DNA of 64,000 bases, from NCBI GenBank assembly GCA_013265495.1, contig MU058039.1, positions 374,591 to 438,590 on the forward strand. The letters run 5' to 3'. Made by a program: the position numbers and the translations under genes. The notes beneath the pieces were generated by a model. The model was not told the origin of the DNA and did not search any database. It saw only the letters and a program-made list of their open reading frames with translations. Positions 1-15,370 of this stretch are shown here, piece after piece (within the stretch, counting starts at the first letter, position 1; each line of letters opens with the position of its first letter). Source of the DNA: Vicugna vicugna (Eukaryota).

Positions 1-86
1 TTCAGGTCTTACATTTAGGTTTTTAAAACATTTTGAGTTTATTTTTATACATGGTGTGAGGAAATGTTCTAACCTCATTATTTTAG

Positions 87-235
87 AACTTATTTTAGAT
101 TTTTTTGTATAATTTTATTTATTTATAGGAGTTAATTAGGTTTATTCCTTTATTTTCTAATGGAGGTACTGGGGATTGAACCCAGGACCTTGTGCATGTT
201 AAGCATGCACTCTACCACTGAGCTATATCCTCCCC
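87..235 (-). mobile_element. tRNA-Ala(AGC)-derived SINE (camelid Vic-1-like) nested in L1
   Basis: Reverse complement reads GGGGAGGATATAGCTCAGTGGTAGAGTGCATGCTTAACATGCACAAGGTCCTGGGTTCAATCCCCAGTACCTCC plus an A-rich tail. Imperfect TSD tctaacctcattatttt / tctaatatcattatttt. Confidence 0.88.
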
Positions 236-1921
236 TCTAATATCATTATTTTAATTGTAGCTGTCCAGCTTTCCCAGCATCACTTATTGGTGAAGAGACT
301 GTCCTTTCTCCATTGTATATTCTTGCCTTCTTTGTCATAAGTTAATTGATCTAAGTGTGCATTCATTGCTTTCCTTTCTGTTCCATTGATCTGAGTGTCT
401 GTTTTTGTGCCAGTACCACACTGCTTTGATTACCGTGGTTTTGTACTATAGTCCTAAGTCTGGGAGGGTGGTTCCTCTGGCTTTATTCTTTTTTCTCAAG
501 ATTGCTTTGGCAATTCAGGGTCTTTCATGATTAAATATAAATTCTAGGATTATTTTCCCTAGTTCTGTGGAAAATGACACAGGTATTTTGATCAGGATTC
601 CATTAAATCTGTAGATTACCTTGGTTAGTATGACTATTTTAACAATATTAATTCTTACAACCCAAGAGCATGGGATATTTTTCCATTTCTTTGTATCATT
701 TTCAATTTACTTAATCAGTGTTTTATAGTTTTCTGAGTATAGGTCTTTCATCTCCTTGGTTAAGTTTGTTCATAGATATTTTACTCTTTTTGATGTGACT
801 TTAAATAGGATTGTTTTTAAAAATTTCTCTTTCTGATAGTTGATTATTAGTGTATAGAAAACCAACAAATTTATATATATTAACCTTCTATCCTGCAACT
901 TCACTGAATTCATGTATTACTTCTAACAGTTTTGTGGTGGAAACTTTAGGGTTTTCTATATAAAGCATCATGTCATTTACAAATAGTGATAGTTTTACTT
1001 CTTTACTTCCATTTGTATGCTTTTTATTTATTTTTCTTGTCTGGTTGTTATGATTGTACTTCCAAAACTATGTTAAACAGAAATGACAAGAGTCTGCATC
1101 TTTGCTTTGTTTCTGAATTCAGGAAAGTCTTTCAGCTTTACACCATTGAGTATGATGTTAGCTCTGAGTTTTTCATGAATGGAGTTTATTATGTTGAGAT
1201 ATGTTCCCTCTATACCAGTTTGATAAGTTTTATCATGAATGAATGTTGATTCATTCATAGACATCATCATGATCATTTCTGTGTCTATTAGCATAATCAT
1301 GTGATTTTTATCCTTTTTGTTAATGATGTGTATCATATCAATTGATTTGCAAATATTGAACCATCCTTGCATTCCTGGAATAAATCCCACTTGATTGTGG
1401 TGTATATTCCTTTTTATATACTGTTGGATTCTGTTTGCTAATATTTTGTGGAGGATTTTTTTGAATCCATATTCATCAAAGGTATTGACCTGTATTTTTT
1501 AAAAAATATCTTTGGTTTTAATATCAGATTGATGGTGGCCTCACAGAATGTATTTGGGAGTGTTCCCTCCTCATCAATCTTTTAGAATAGTTTGAGAAAG
1601 ATAGGTATACATTTTTCTTTGTATGTTTGGTAGAATTTCCCTGTGAAGCCATCCAGACCTATACTTTTGTTTGCTGAGAGTTTTATGATTACAAATTCAA
1701 TCTCACTGCTAGTGATCTGTTTGTTCAAATTATCTGTTTCTTCTTGATTTAGTCTTGGCAGGTTCCATGCTTTTAGAAATTTGTTCATTTCTTCTAGGCT
1801 GTCCAATTTTTTGGCATATAATTGTTCATAATATTTTCTTATGATTTTTTTGTATCTCTGTGATGCCAGTTATTATTTCTCCTCTTTTATTTCTTGTTTT
1901 CTTTATTTGATCCTCTCTCTT

Positions 1922-1999
1922 TTTTTTTAACATTTTTTATTGATTTATAATCATTTTACAATGTTGTGTCAAATTCCAGTGTTCAGCACAATTTTTCAA
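1922..1999 (-). mobile_element. 78-bp 5'-truncated L1 3' end nested in the older L1
   Basis: Poly-T plus the L1 3'UTR motif ttacaatgttgtgtcaaattccagtg. Perfect 13-bp TSD GATCCTCTCTCTT at 1909-1921 and 2000-2012. Confidence 0.85.
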
Positions 2000-4900
2000 G
2001 ATCCTCTCTCTTCTTGCTGAGGCTGGCTAAAGGTTTATCAATTTTGTTTATCTTTTCAAAAAAACAGCTCTTATTTTTGTTAATCTTTTCTTTTTTTGGT
2101 TTCTATTTTATGTATTTCCCTTCTGACCTTTATTATGTCCTTCTTCTGCTGACTTTGGGCTTTTTTTTTCCTAATACCTTTATGTGTTAGGTTAGATTGA
2201 TTACTTGAGATTTTTCCTGTTTCTTGAAGAAGGCCTATATCGCTATAAACATCCCTCTTAGTACTGGTTTTGCTGCATCCCATAGATTATAAAGAGTTGG
2301 GTCTCCATTTTCATTTGTCTCGAGGTACTTTCTGGTTTCCTCTTTGATTTCTTCATTGACCCATTTGTTTCACATTAGCCCATTGTTTAGTCTCTATGTA
2401 TTTATTCTTTTTCCATTTTTCTTTCTCTAGTTGATTTCTAGTTTTATACTGTTGTGGTTAGGGAAAATGCTTGATTTAATTTCTATCCTCTTAAACTTGC
2501 TGAGAATGTTTTGTGGCTTAGCATGTGATCTATTCTGGAAAATGTTCCATGTGCAATTGAAAAGAATGTATATTCTGCTGTTTTGGGATATAATGTCCTG
2601 TAGATATACAGTAAGTCCAACTGGTCTGTTGTGTCATTTAAGGCCACAGCTGCCTTACTGATCTTCTGTATGGATAATCTGTTCATTGATTTAAGTGGGG
2701 TATTAAAGTACTCTACTACTATTGTCTTATTGTTAGTTTCTCCCTTTATGTCTGTTAGTATTTGCTTTATTTATTTAGATGCTCCTGTAATGGGTGCATA
2801 TGTATTAATAAGTGTAATATCCTCTTCTTGTATTGATCCCTTTATCAGTATATAACTCCCTTCTTTGTCTTTTGGTATAGCCTTTGTTTTAAAGTATATT
2901 TTTTTCTGATGTAAGTACTGATGCCCTCACTTTCTTGTCATTACTATTTGCATGAAATGTCTTCTCCCACCCCCTCACTTTCAGTCTGTGTCTCTATCTC
3001 TGAAATGAGTCTCTTGTAGGCAGCATATAGATGAATCTTGTTTTTATCCAATTAGCCACTCTATGTCTTTTGATTGGAGCATTTAGTTCATTGACATTTA
3101 AAGTAATTATTGATAGATATGTACTTACTGCCATTTTATTACTTGTTTTCTAGTTGTTTTTGTAGTTCTCTGTTCATTTCTTATTCTTTGTTTCTTCCCT
3201 TGTGAGTTCATGATTTTCTTTAGTTATTTGCTTGTGTTCCTTCCTTTTTAGTGTTCGTGTATCTACTGTGGTTTTGATTTGTGGTTAGCACAGGGTTCAT
3301 ATATGTTGACCTATAACTATATCTACTTGTTTTAAACTGATAGTCATTTAAATTCAAACAAATTCTAAAAGATCTACATTTTTACACTTCTCCTGGCATT
3401 TTGTGTTATTGATGTCATATTTTATATCTTCATATTTATCCCTTAACTATTTATTGTAGTTATATTTGCTTTTACTTTTTTTGGTCTTTTAATCTTCATT
3501 TTGGCTTATTTCAGTGGTTGATCCTAGTCCTTACTATATTTTTGCCTTTCATAGTGGAATTTTCCTTTTCCTATAGATTCTTACTGCTTTTCCACTTAAA
3601 GACTCTTAAACATTTCCTTAGGGTAGGTTTAGCATTAACTCTTTTAGTTTTTGCTTCTCTGGGAAGTTCTTTATTTCTCCTTCAATTCTAAATGATAATC
3701 TTGCTGGGTAGAGTATACTAAGTTGCAGGTTTTCCCCCTTCAGCACTTTGAATATGTCATGCCACTCCCTTTAGATCTGGAAATGCAGAAAAACTGGCTG
3801 ATAGCCTTATGCGGATTCCCTTGTAGAGACCCTTGTTTTTCTCTTCCTACCTTAAGAATATTGTTTTTATCTTTAATTTTTGCCATTTTAATTATGATGT
3901 GTCTTAGTGTGGGTCTGTTTGGGTTCATCTTGTTTGAGACCCTCTCTGCTTCCTGTACCTGAATATCTGTTTCTTTCTTCAGGTTTAGGATGTTTTTGGC
4001 CATAATTTCCTCAAACATATTTTTGGTTCCCTTCTCTGTCTCTTCTTCCTCTGGAACCTGTATAATGTGAATGCTGGTATGCTTAATGTTATCCCAAATG
4101 TCATCCCTCTTAAATTGTTCTCACTGTTTAAAATTTGCTTTTATTTTGGCAGTTGTAATTGGGTCATTTCCATTATTCTATGTTCCAGATCTTATGTATT
4201 CTTCTATGTCATTTAGTCTGCTATTCATTCCTTCTAGCATGTTTTTTAGTTCAATTTCTTAATTCTTTAGAGGTTAGAGCTGGAGCTGGGATTGAGGTGG
4301 GACTTCCTCTCTGTTCAGTAGCCATCACTGCCCTACTGGTTGTGGCTGGGGTGGGGGGAATCTGATCCTAAGTTGTTGGAGCGGAAGCCTGAGAGTCAGG
4401 GCCAAGGTGGATCTGTTTCCTTTAAGTGTGTGTTTTCTAGCATCAGGACCCTCATCCCAGGTTGGGGGTGGGGTGCCAAAGCATGCATGGGTTCTCAGCC
4501 CATGCTGGCTGCAGATGTCTGACTGTCTCCAATGTGCTGCCTGTCCAGGCACCAGCAATTGTTTCCCTTGCTCTGCTCAGCTGGTAAAGCTCATCTTACT
4601 CTCTCCAATGCATTCAAACATTTTGTTTTCCTGCTTCAACAGAGTGCTGGAAAGTTGGACTTCTACAAATGCTCTCTTTTGTAAGTATCTGCCCAAATCA
4701 GCTCTCTTCAGGTTTACCATGATCATGGCCAAGAGGGGCTGGGGCTGGTTCACAGACTCCTGCTGGCTTCACAGCCTATACTGAGGACTTTCTGCCTATT
4801 ACTTGATACATAGGTGTGTGAGACTCCTCTCAGGTCCCTTGGTATATACACATAACTCCCACAGAGGCAATTTGTGGATCGATGCCAAGTTTTAGCTGTT

Positions 4901-6356
4901 ACAAGGGGAGGTGTATGCAAAATGAGGGGCATCTTATGCCACCACGAGGCTGATGTTATTCTTCAGTGTTCAGATTTATGAAGGAGCTATCCTATTTTTG
5001 TTTTCACCTTGGTCTAAGTTTGACGGTGCACTTTCCTTCTTATACTTCACAATATTTATTTTTCTTTAAGAGGAATTATTCCTTGTAAAATAAAGAATAA
5101 ATGTTGATCAAGCTTTTCCTATATTCACTTACATAAATGTCTTTTTTTCCTTAATGTCTTTGATGTTGAGTAAGGTATAGATCATGGTTAAAAGTTTATC
5201 CATACATAACAAACACTCAGAAGATAACAATGGTGATGGCTAAACTAACCAAGTGTTTATTATGTGATGTGCATAATTGTAGAATCCATGTAAGAAGCCT
5301 CTGAGGTATACTAATTATGCCCACATTACCATAAACACATCATGTATGTCTAGAAAAGGATCTGGAAGAATAAGTAAGTTGGTTAACATTGGGGAAGTAA
5401 CTGAGGTCAGGGATGTTGGTCAAAGAGAAGCACAGCTTTACCTATAATGTATAAATCATTAAAAGCAGAAGAGATCCACATATTATCTCTAAAATGAACA
5501 ACAAATAAAGTAGACACAATCAAAAAGGGCCAACCAGGTAACTCTTTATAATGGCAAGATTTTCAGTATTTGACAAAATAGGGTTTGATAAAAACAGTTG
5601 AATATTTTCAAGCCAATAAAATAGTAACAATATATTTACAGACAAAGAATTTTAAAGGCTGGTTGTAGAATAATCACACTTTCTTTCAAAAACAAAGCAG
5701 ATATAATTTTAAAGGATTTTTCCCAAAAACTTGACTGTGATTGTCTATGACTGGTAAGACTACAGATAACTGTATCCATTTTTTTAAAATTCATATCTAC
5801 ATTTTATGGAGGAAAATTGTTCTGCAAAAAGGAGAATATAAAGTTTATAAAAGGAAAGTAAAACAATCTTCTGAAACAAAACGTACACATCCATAAGATA
5901 CTAAAGGATAATTAAAAGTAACAGTAACTTAACACAAACAGAGTAAAACACAGATACAAACACAGATATGCAAATTCAAAAAACAAAGGCTGATTTGATA
6001 TCCAAACTTTACATGTATAAAAATATAACTTACCATCAAAAGGCAATAAAAAATACAAAAATAGATATGTGTATTGAATAAATGGTGTTAGGATGAGAAA
6101 TGAGGGAGGGAGAAAAGGGGTAAATTTAGACCCTCAATAATAATTTAAAATAATTCTGAAATGGATCAGTAATTCTGTTAAAACCCATAAAAATTAAAAA
6201 TATTAAAAAGAAAGTAGCAGGGTTAGCCCCAAAATAAATTTCAAGGCTTAAAATAAAGACAACATATAATAAAAAGGTTTTCAATGTTTAATATTCACAA
6301 ATATGAATTTTCTGAAAGTAATGAAAGAATGAATTTAGATAAAAATCTTTAAATAT

Positions 6357-6362
6357 TTTATT
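6357..6362 (-). terminator. Candidate polyadenylation signal of ZNF345
   Basis: AATAAA on the - strand about 140 nt downstream of the stop codon. Further AATAAA sites lie near 5256 and 5056. Confidence 0.4.
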
Positions 6363-6503
6363 CCGTGTTTTTTTGTCTGAATTTCCTCCAACTGACTAAG
6401 TGATTATGTATAAGTAAGGCATTTGTACCTTAATTACATTTGTAGAGACTCTCACTAGTATGAATTTATGTGTTGTGTGCTTCCTTAACCATATAATTTC
6501 AAT

Positions 6504-7976
<1,473 letters not shown>

Positions 7977-9189
7977 TCAGGATGATTCTATTCCATAAAT
8001 ATCCTTTTTCAGAAATAATTCTTGGTCTCAACCTTGATTCACAGTCTGAAAGAAAATATAAAAACATTCACTTTTTGTGTGTGTGTTCTGGGAGAAATGA
8101 AACTTTTATATTAGATATGAAAGACTTAACTGAAAGTCATTTTCATGAAAAATGAGTGGCTTAATACAGTTCTCATATATGATTGGGCAATTTAACAAAT
8201 GGATAAGGAAATAGAAAGAATGAGGAGAAACACTAGAAGGTAAAGGAGATATTTAGGAAAACAGATTAAGTCACTTGTACCTAAATAGTGATTTAGATAA
8301 ACATCCCCCATAGACATGGGGAAACTGATAAATATAAAGATGTCTAGGCCCCACCTCAATTTTGTTAGAGGATAAGACTAGTGTCATATATAGTTTTAAA
8401 AGAACATAATTACCCTTTAACCCATTTCTTAGGGTTGTTTAGAGTATTAAGCAACTATATATACCAGGAAGGAAAAATCTAGGATAAATGGTCATAAATT
8501 ACATTATCTGAAGGAGATAAAAGAGAAAGATACTTCAGATGTAGCAGTATCTTGATGAGAGATTAATGAACTGAATAAGTCTGGAATGAGCAATGGAGAG
8601 GGGAGATTCTTTTGTGGTTAGAATATAGTTTGTTTATGCCATTTGGTAAAATCTATGTTTGCCTACGAAGTCTATGCGACTAATCTTGGAAGAACAAAAA
8701 ATAGTACTCTGCAAAGGCCACAGCAGAGTAACTGAGAATGTAATTTTAAAGTCAGAGAGCAGGGAGGAGAAGATAGGTGAGACTTGTGGAAGATTACAAG
8801 GAGGATGCAGATAGATGAGGAATCTGAACCCCAGCTCTGATGATTATTGAAATGATTCTGAAATCACATACAATGTTTTTATGCAGTTGAATAAAGTAAC
8901 CCTACAGTGTTTGGTAGCTCTATTCTGGAAGACTTAAATGTCATAAAAGAGACCAGCAAAAGAAAAGGATTCAGAGACACCAATTAAGACCCTGAATAAA
9001 TACCTCAAGCCCCAAAAGATGAATACATTGCAACCCCATTCTCTTTCTACAACACTCAAATAGCAAGCTGGTTTAGACTAGGCCTAAATATGTCTTGAAA
9101 TTGTTCTTTGCATCTCCACTGACAATAGCTAATCCTAGCCCAAATAGCCTTTTACTTGGATATTGCAGCAGTATTTTAGCGAGCTGCTG

Positions 9190-9800
9190 CATTTCCAGCT
9201 TTGGACCCTTAGCAGTCAGAGTGAAATTCAGTCTGGCACTGTTCTGCTCAAAATGCTTCATTGGTTTCCCATTGTCCCTAGGATAAGACCCACACTCCTT
9301 AATTTACTCTAAAAAATTCCTCCAGGATCTGCCTCCTGCTTGTCTCTTCAAGCTGACACCTCTCTCCCATCAACAGTAAGCTACAGTTACATTGGTCTTC
9401 TTAGTTCTTCAAATGCACTAAACTGTACCACTCCCCTCCTCAATGATTTCATCTGCCTGAAATATTCTTTCATAGCTCTGTTCCTACTGCCCCACTCTTA
9501 AACTTGCAGGTTCCTGGTCACTGACCTGAACAATACAGATCTTTTCTAAATACTCAGTCTTAAATGTATACATCCTGCCATTACTTCTCAGAGCACTTTT
9601 TCTTTTTTCTCCCTTTCTTTGTGTTTTGTCTGGTAATAGGTGATTACACACTTGTCCCCTACAATTGCAAATTTCATATTTGTATTTTTACTTAATATGT
9701 CTGCTACAATAGAGCCAAGACTCAGGAAGCCAGGAATAAAATCTATTACTTTAATCAACTTGAACACTGGCACATGAAAAAAGATCAAAATACATTTACT
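9190..9800 (+). mobile_element. L2 LINE fragments
   Basis: L2-like stretch (cactgttctgctcaaaatgcttcattggtttcccattgtccctaggataagaccc) and L2-like 3' end (ctggcacatga..aaatacatttactgaatg). Confidence 0.6.
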
Positions 9801-9999
9801 GAATGGCTAACATAATAAATTAGTTTCAAATTTTATTATCCTTAAAAATAACTTCTGAAAACAATATTTCTCTAGGAAAATGATATATTTTCTATCAAAC
9901 AGGACAAGTCAATCACATGTAGTTATTCTTGTCCTTCAAAAAAAACTCACTAAAAGGAATGAAATGGATTTTTTTAAAAAAGAACAAACCCACAAAGTC

Positions 10000-11458
10000 A
10001 ATGAAAGTCAAAGAGGAAATAGCAGCTACAAAACTTTTGAAACTGGGAAGCATGAAGATAAATGACAAACAACTTAACAAACCAAAGGAGGAGAAAACCT
10101 AACTCAAAAGTAAGGAAAACCCTGAAGGGGATGATTTATGCAGCAAACCCCAGAAAGACTTAAGAAATGGGAGCACTACGTACTTAAGAAGGTCTACCAG
10201 TTGGCACACAAAAAGTTAAACCAGCTTCTCAGTATCTCCTCCAAAATACAGACAGGCAAATATCATCACACATTTGAGGGCATCTTGTAACATAAAAGAG
10301 ATTAAACATAGCCCAAAGGAACTTAAAAGAGAAACTATATGGGAAAACAAGGAAATTCCCAGAAGCCACCATTACTACCCTCAGAGGGATATGAGAAGCC
10401 ATTTCACATAATAAAAGACCAGGGTAACATAAAAGAAATAAAAGGCAAAAAAGAATTCTTAGAAAATAAAAATATAAAGTGGGAATAAAAACATATCATT
10501 AGAAGAGTTAAAAGATAAGTGAAAAAAATCTCTTTAAAAAGTACAAAAAATATGGAAATAGTAGGAAAAACAACTGGAAGGTTATGCCAGGCAGCTCAAC
10601 ATCTAATGGGTGGAGATCATTTCTGAAAGTGCGCTAAGCATCTGCCAAGTATCAGGCAGAGCGTTAGAAGGAAGGAAGGGATTTGAAAACTGCCATTTTG
10701 AAATTACCAAACTAATAATTGACTCAGGCAAGGATCTTCAATGGATTCTAAAACCATACAGTGAATGATCGGCATAAGGGATATTCACTTGGTCTCACAG
10801 CATCAATCCACAGATTATTTACTAATTATAAAGGGAAAAATATACCTCTTTATGGAAAGGTTTGATACTCGGTACATTTAACCTTAAATGATAAATTGTG
10901 GTATCATCAACAGTAGAACATTTTGTGCCTCTGATGTAATGCAATAGATGTTACACCATAGTATCACCTCTGTAGTATGCTGGTAACTGATAGGTAAATC
11001 TAAGCCTGAATCTAAGCCTATTTCTATGAGACAGTCATCAGACAAATGGGGATGTGAGATATTCTGTATGACAACTGTCTTGCATTCTTAAAAAAATTCA
11101 ATGCTATGTAAAACAAACAAGAAACAACGGGCTGTTCTAAATTAAGAGACTAAAGAAATCCAACAACCAAAATAATACATGAATCCTGATTGGATCTGAG
11201 ATCAAACAACCAACCAAGTAAATAAACAAAAAATATAACATCAGCTGTAAAAAGATATTCTGGGGAGCCCCTGAAGATATTTGAACATGAAATATTTGAG
11301 GTGGTAATAGAGAGTTTATGTTAATTATCATAGATTTGATACATCACTGTTAATGTTTGGAAAATGTCCTTATTCTTAGGAGATGCATGCTAAAAGTATT
11401 AAGGGTAAAATGTCAGGATGTCCTCAACTTATTTTCAAATGATTCAGGGGGAAAATGT

Positions 11459-11490
<32 letters not shown>

Positions 11491-12480
11491 ATTTAGAAAG
11501 ATAAAGTAAATGTGGCAAAATGTTACAGTTGGTAATTTTAGCTGATGGCTACACAGGATTCACTGGAATATTCTTTCAATTTTTCTGTATGGTGGAAATT
11601 TTCAAAGAAATCAGAAATCACAGATTGTTTTTAAAAGTAGCATTTAAGAAAAATTTCCAGAACTGAAGGACAGAACTCTCCATGTTTAATAGGCTCACTT
11701 GATAACTAGCATAAAGAATAAAAATGATTCACACTAAGATATATTTTCATTAGGTTCCAGGACATTGGGAACAAAGAAAAGACCTTAAAAGAATCCAAAG
11801 AGTGAAAAACAAGGAACAAACAAAAGACCAGGAATGAAAATAGCTTTGGAGTTCTTCAAAACACGCTAAGCCAGAAGTCATAACTTCAAATTCTGAGGGA
11901 AAATAATTTCAATTAGAATCCCATGTCCTGCCAAAGAATCAATGCAGTGGTTGAAAGGCCCTTTTCAGATATGCTAGAGCACACAAATTTAACACATTTA
12001 TCCCTTCTTACATGCCAAGAAATAGGGAGGCATGGAATCCAAGAAATAAAAACTCAACACAGAACACAGAATTTAAAGGCAAATTCTAGAATAATCGTTG
12101 TACACGTACACTTGGTAGGGAAGAACAAAGGACTATAGGAGGGATGTCTTTAAACACAGGAAACTGACAGGTTTCCCAAAGATTTATTTTCTGGCAGACT
12201 TTGAGTATGAATTAGCAATATATGAACAACTAGGTATCACTCTCCCTTTTAAAAAAGGTAATATTAAATACGCAGAACACAAAGTTGTAACAATCATGAG
12301 CAAGGGAACATGATTCTTAGCTGAGTTATGAATAAAATCCATTAAAGAGTAAAGAAATAAGCTACAGAATGGGAGAAGATATTTATGAATATTTACCTGT
12401 CAAAAAACTAGTATCCAAAATATAAAGATCTTTTTCAAATCACTGATAAAAAACCAAATGACCCAAGAGAAAAGGAACCA
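10000..12480 (+). mobile_element. Old L1M/L1ME-type fragments
   Basis: A-rich degenerate L1-like sequence, including an L1M 3'-end motif (cttattcttaggagatgcatgctaaaagtattaaggg) and ORF2-end-like gctacagaatgggagaagatattt. Confidence 0.55.
11456..11490. repeat. (TG)n microsatellite
   Basis: Directly visible interrupted TG run. Confidence 0.9.
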
Positions 12481-12502
12481 CTTAATAAATAGGAAGACAT
12501 CT

Positions 12503-13030
12503 GTTGTATAATAATTTGTCTGGCCTTTATCCCAAGTTCCTAGAACAGAGTTTCTAAAACCCTTGGAATTTCCCAAGTGATATAAGTGTCTTTGTTATAG
12601 GATTACATGTGAGTTTATGCTTATGAGGTGACTCATGGTTCAGCCATACGTAGCTTCAGCATTGAGGCTGGTCGCCAGAAAAATTGAACAATTCTAACCT
12701 CCAGCAAAGAGGAGTGGAGCTGGAGACACTTCAGTCATGTGGCCAATAGTCAATCATGCCCACATTATAAAATCCCAGTGAAAACTCTAGACACCAAAGT
12801 TCAGTGGATCTTCCTGGCAGGTGAACACATTGATGTGCCAGAAAGGTAACACACTCTGATTTCACAGGGAAAGGGCATAGAAGCTAAATGTTCCTTTTCC
12901 TTCCAGACCTTGCTCTATGTGTCTCTTCCTTTGGCTATTCCTGATTTGTATCCTTATTATTTATAATAAAACTCCAGATGGTTAGTGCCAGAACTGAACT
13001 GCAGCACACCAGTTAGGGTTGAAATAGTAT
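12503..13030 (+). mobile_element. Solo LTR, MER21C/MER77-like (ERVL)
   Basis: Starts tgttg..tttgtctggcctttatcccaagttcctagaacagagtttctaaaacccttggaatttccc, with AATAAA near 12965. Family assigned from memory. Confidence 0.65.
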
Positions 13031-13129
13031 GTGCATGGATTGGAAGATTTAATACTGTTGCTCCCCAAAGCAATCTATAGAATCAGTGCAATCTCTGTCA
13101 AAATTTCAATGGCCTTTTTGGAGAAATGG

Positions 13130-13400
13130 AAAGCCTCTCTCCTTGACTTGCAGATTGCCACCCGCTCACTGTGTCCTCACATGGTCTTTCCTCTGTGTGT
13201 GAGCATCCCTGGTATCTCTTTGTGTGTCTAAACTTCCTCTCGTATAAGGATACCAGTCAGATTGGTTTAGGATCCACCTCAGTAGCCTCGTTTTAACTTA
13301 ATCATCTCTTTAAAAGCCCTATCTCCAGGTCACCTTGTAAGGTACTGGGGTGGGGGTGGTTAGAGCTTCAACATTGCAGGGGAGGACACAATTCTGCACA
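13130..13400 (-). mobile_element. MLT1 (MaLR) LTR fragment
   Basis: Typical MLT1 motifs tgtgtcctcacatgg, tataaggataccagtcagattgg, ttaacttaatcatctc and ggggaggacacaattc. Confidence 0.8.
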
Positions 13401-14970
13401 TCATATTTACTAAAACCAGGGTTATGGGAGCAGAGTTAAGTTGCTCTAACTGTACCTTTTTGAGTAGTTTTAATGTTTGGAACCATGCTCATATAGTCAA
13501 ATCCACAAGAATGGATTAATATTAATTTTTAAAAAATCAAACAGAATACAAACAGGAACAAATGAACCTAAATGTATTTCAAATGAATAATATAACCACT
13601 TGGGGGAGGGGATAAAAAATGAATCCAAGTAAATCTGAACACAGTATTTTAACTATGTACCCTTATCCAAAAGACAAAGAGAACTATAAACAAATATTGA
13701 GCTCCTTTAGTAGGTCTGGTACTTACTATAGTATAGATTAGCAATTCTGAAACTATTTTTGTATATTCTAGAATTGAACAAATTACTAAATATAATGAGG
13801 ATAATGAGAGTCAGGTTTTTAACCACTGGAGAAGGGAGATACAAATATGGAATAGGCTAAGACTAGAATGAATACTGTAGTCCTAGCACCCAGATCTTGG
13901 TTTCTAAATATTTTTTACAAGAAACCAGGCTCTTTACAGAAACGGTTCACATTGGGCTGGAGGTGAGAGAGTATCTAGAAATGAACCTATAGCATCTGTT
14001 GTGCCAGAAAGTAAGAAAATGCTCAAAGAATCACGGGAAAAGTCAAAAGGATACAGAAGCCAACCTGAATAGGCTCCCATTGGCAAAATCTGGGACGATT
14101 TTAGCATCAAAATAAATAGTAAAGATCATATAACCCACTGAGCAAAGTGAAAATCTACAAACTCATACTGACATAACAATTGAACAAATAAGTGAGGGAG
14201 AAGGGAATGCTACTCTTTACAACAGAACGCCAACTAATTAACACAGACAAAATCATGGAGATTTTGCAATCCCACCATTTTAAAAACATCATAGTAATAA
14301 TGGATCTATACCATAATACTAATAGATGCTGAAAGTAGTGACTGGAAGTCTGGTGATGAGCTGTTTACAGTTTCAAAGTATCTCCCCACTGATTATCAAT
14401 TAATTACAAAGAGAAAACTTATCACCTTTACAGTGAAGAAACGTAGTAGATACCACCTTAACCAATTATTAAAGTCAGTATCTCCAAATGGGACAAGTCA
14501 ATATCACGTATCCCCGGCTAAGACGCACTGAGAAGGATTCAATCACTTTTGTGGTATTCCTACTACAGAATTCACAACCTGAATGTAATTATGAGGAACC
14601 ATAAGACAAGTCCTAATTAAGGGGCATTCTACAATATAACCGGCCTAGCTTCTTCAAAAATGTCAACATCTTGAAGCATAAAGAAGAAGAAAACAGCTCT
14701 TCCAGGTTAAAGATGAAAAGGAGACATGATAACTAAATTCAGCCTGTGATGGCAGACTATATCCTGAACAGTGAGTCGGAGAGAGGATGAGGGTATGGTG
14801 AAGAGCTACAAAGAATATTATTGGGACTAGCAAAAAATTTTGCATATACACTGTTAGACAATAATATTGCATTGTTAAAATTTCTTATTTTAGTAACCCT
14901 ACTGTGGTTATGTAAGAGAATACTCTTATTCTTAGGAAATAACACACTGAGTGTTCAAGGCAAGGTCACA
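13400..14970 (+). mobile_element. L1MC-type 3' region
   Basis: L1MC4/5-like motifs (ctttacagtgaagaaacgtagtagataccaccttaacc, ggggcattctacaatataaccggcct). Confidence 0.6.
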
Positions 14971-15091
14971 GGTATAGCAGATACTACTGCCTGCCTCCCT
15001 CAAAATCATCCCTCCCCTACTTCCTTATTATAAGCATTTTTTTCCATAGTTTTTTCATCAGCTCCAGAAAATGTATCATGATTTGCCTAAG

Positions 15092-15370
15092 CCAGTGGTT
15101 CTGAATTCTGATTGCTATTAGAATTAATTGGGTAGCTTTTTAAAAAATTCTAAAGTTTGAACCCCACTCCAGACCAATTAAATCTTAATGTTTTTCCTGT
15201 CATCTTGGCTGAGCGTATTAAGTCATTAATTCTCAGCTGTGGCAGCACACTAGAATCATCTGGTGATCTTTTAAAAATGATGATGTCCAGGCCATATCCC
15301 AGACCAACTAAAACAGACTTGCTGGGGGCGGGACCAAGACATCAGTAACCAAGGTGAAGAATAACCAGGT
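15092..15370. mobile_element. Two MER5-like hAT-Charlie MITE fragments
   Basis: cagtggttct start, tagaatcatctgg..aaaaatgatgatgtccaggcc, and ccagaccaattaaatc / ccagaccaactaaaac cores. Confidence 0.7.

Larger units (their letters stand above)
1..4960 (-). mobile_element. LINE-1, long degraded copy running off the window start (5'UTR-like GC-rich segment, ORF1 and ORF2 fragments)
   Basis: Minus-strand fragments: ORF1 (FEEIMAKN..DIQVQEAERV..RPTLRHIIIKM, 3740-4018), endonuclease (IYRTLYPKTAEYTFFSIAHGTFSRIDHML, 2483-2686), LPRLNQEE..GLDGFTGKFYQTYKE (1582-1806), RT ([15 protein letters not shown], 1073-1390). Many frameshifts. The 4270-4960 5' boundary is approximate. Confidence 0.93.

Noticed and set aside
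1..4960. Retrotransposition-competent L1
   Set aside because: Both ORFs are fragmented, and the copy has an apparent internal deletion and nested insertions.
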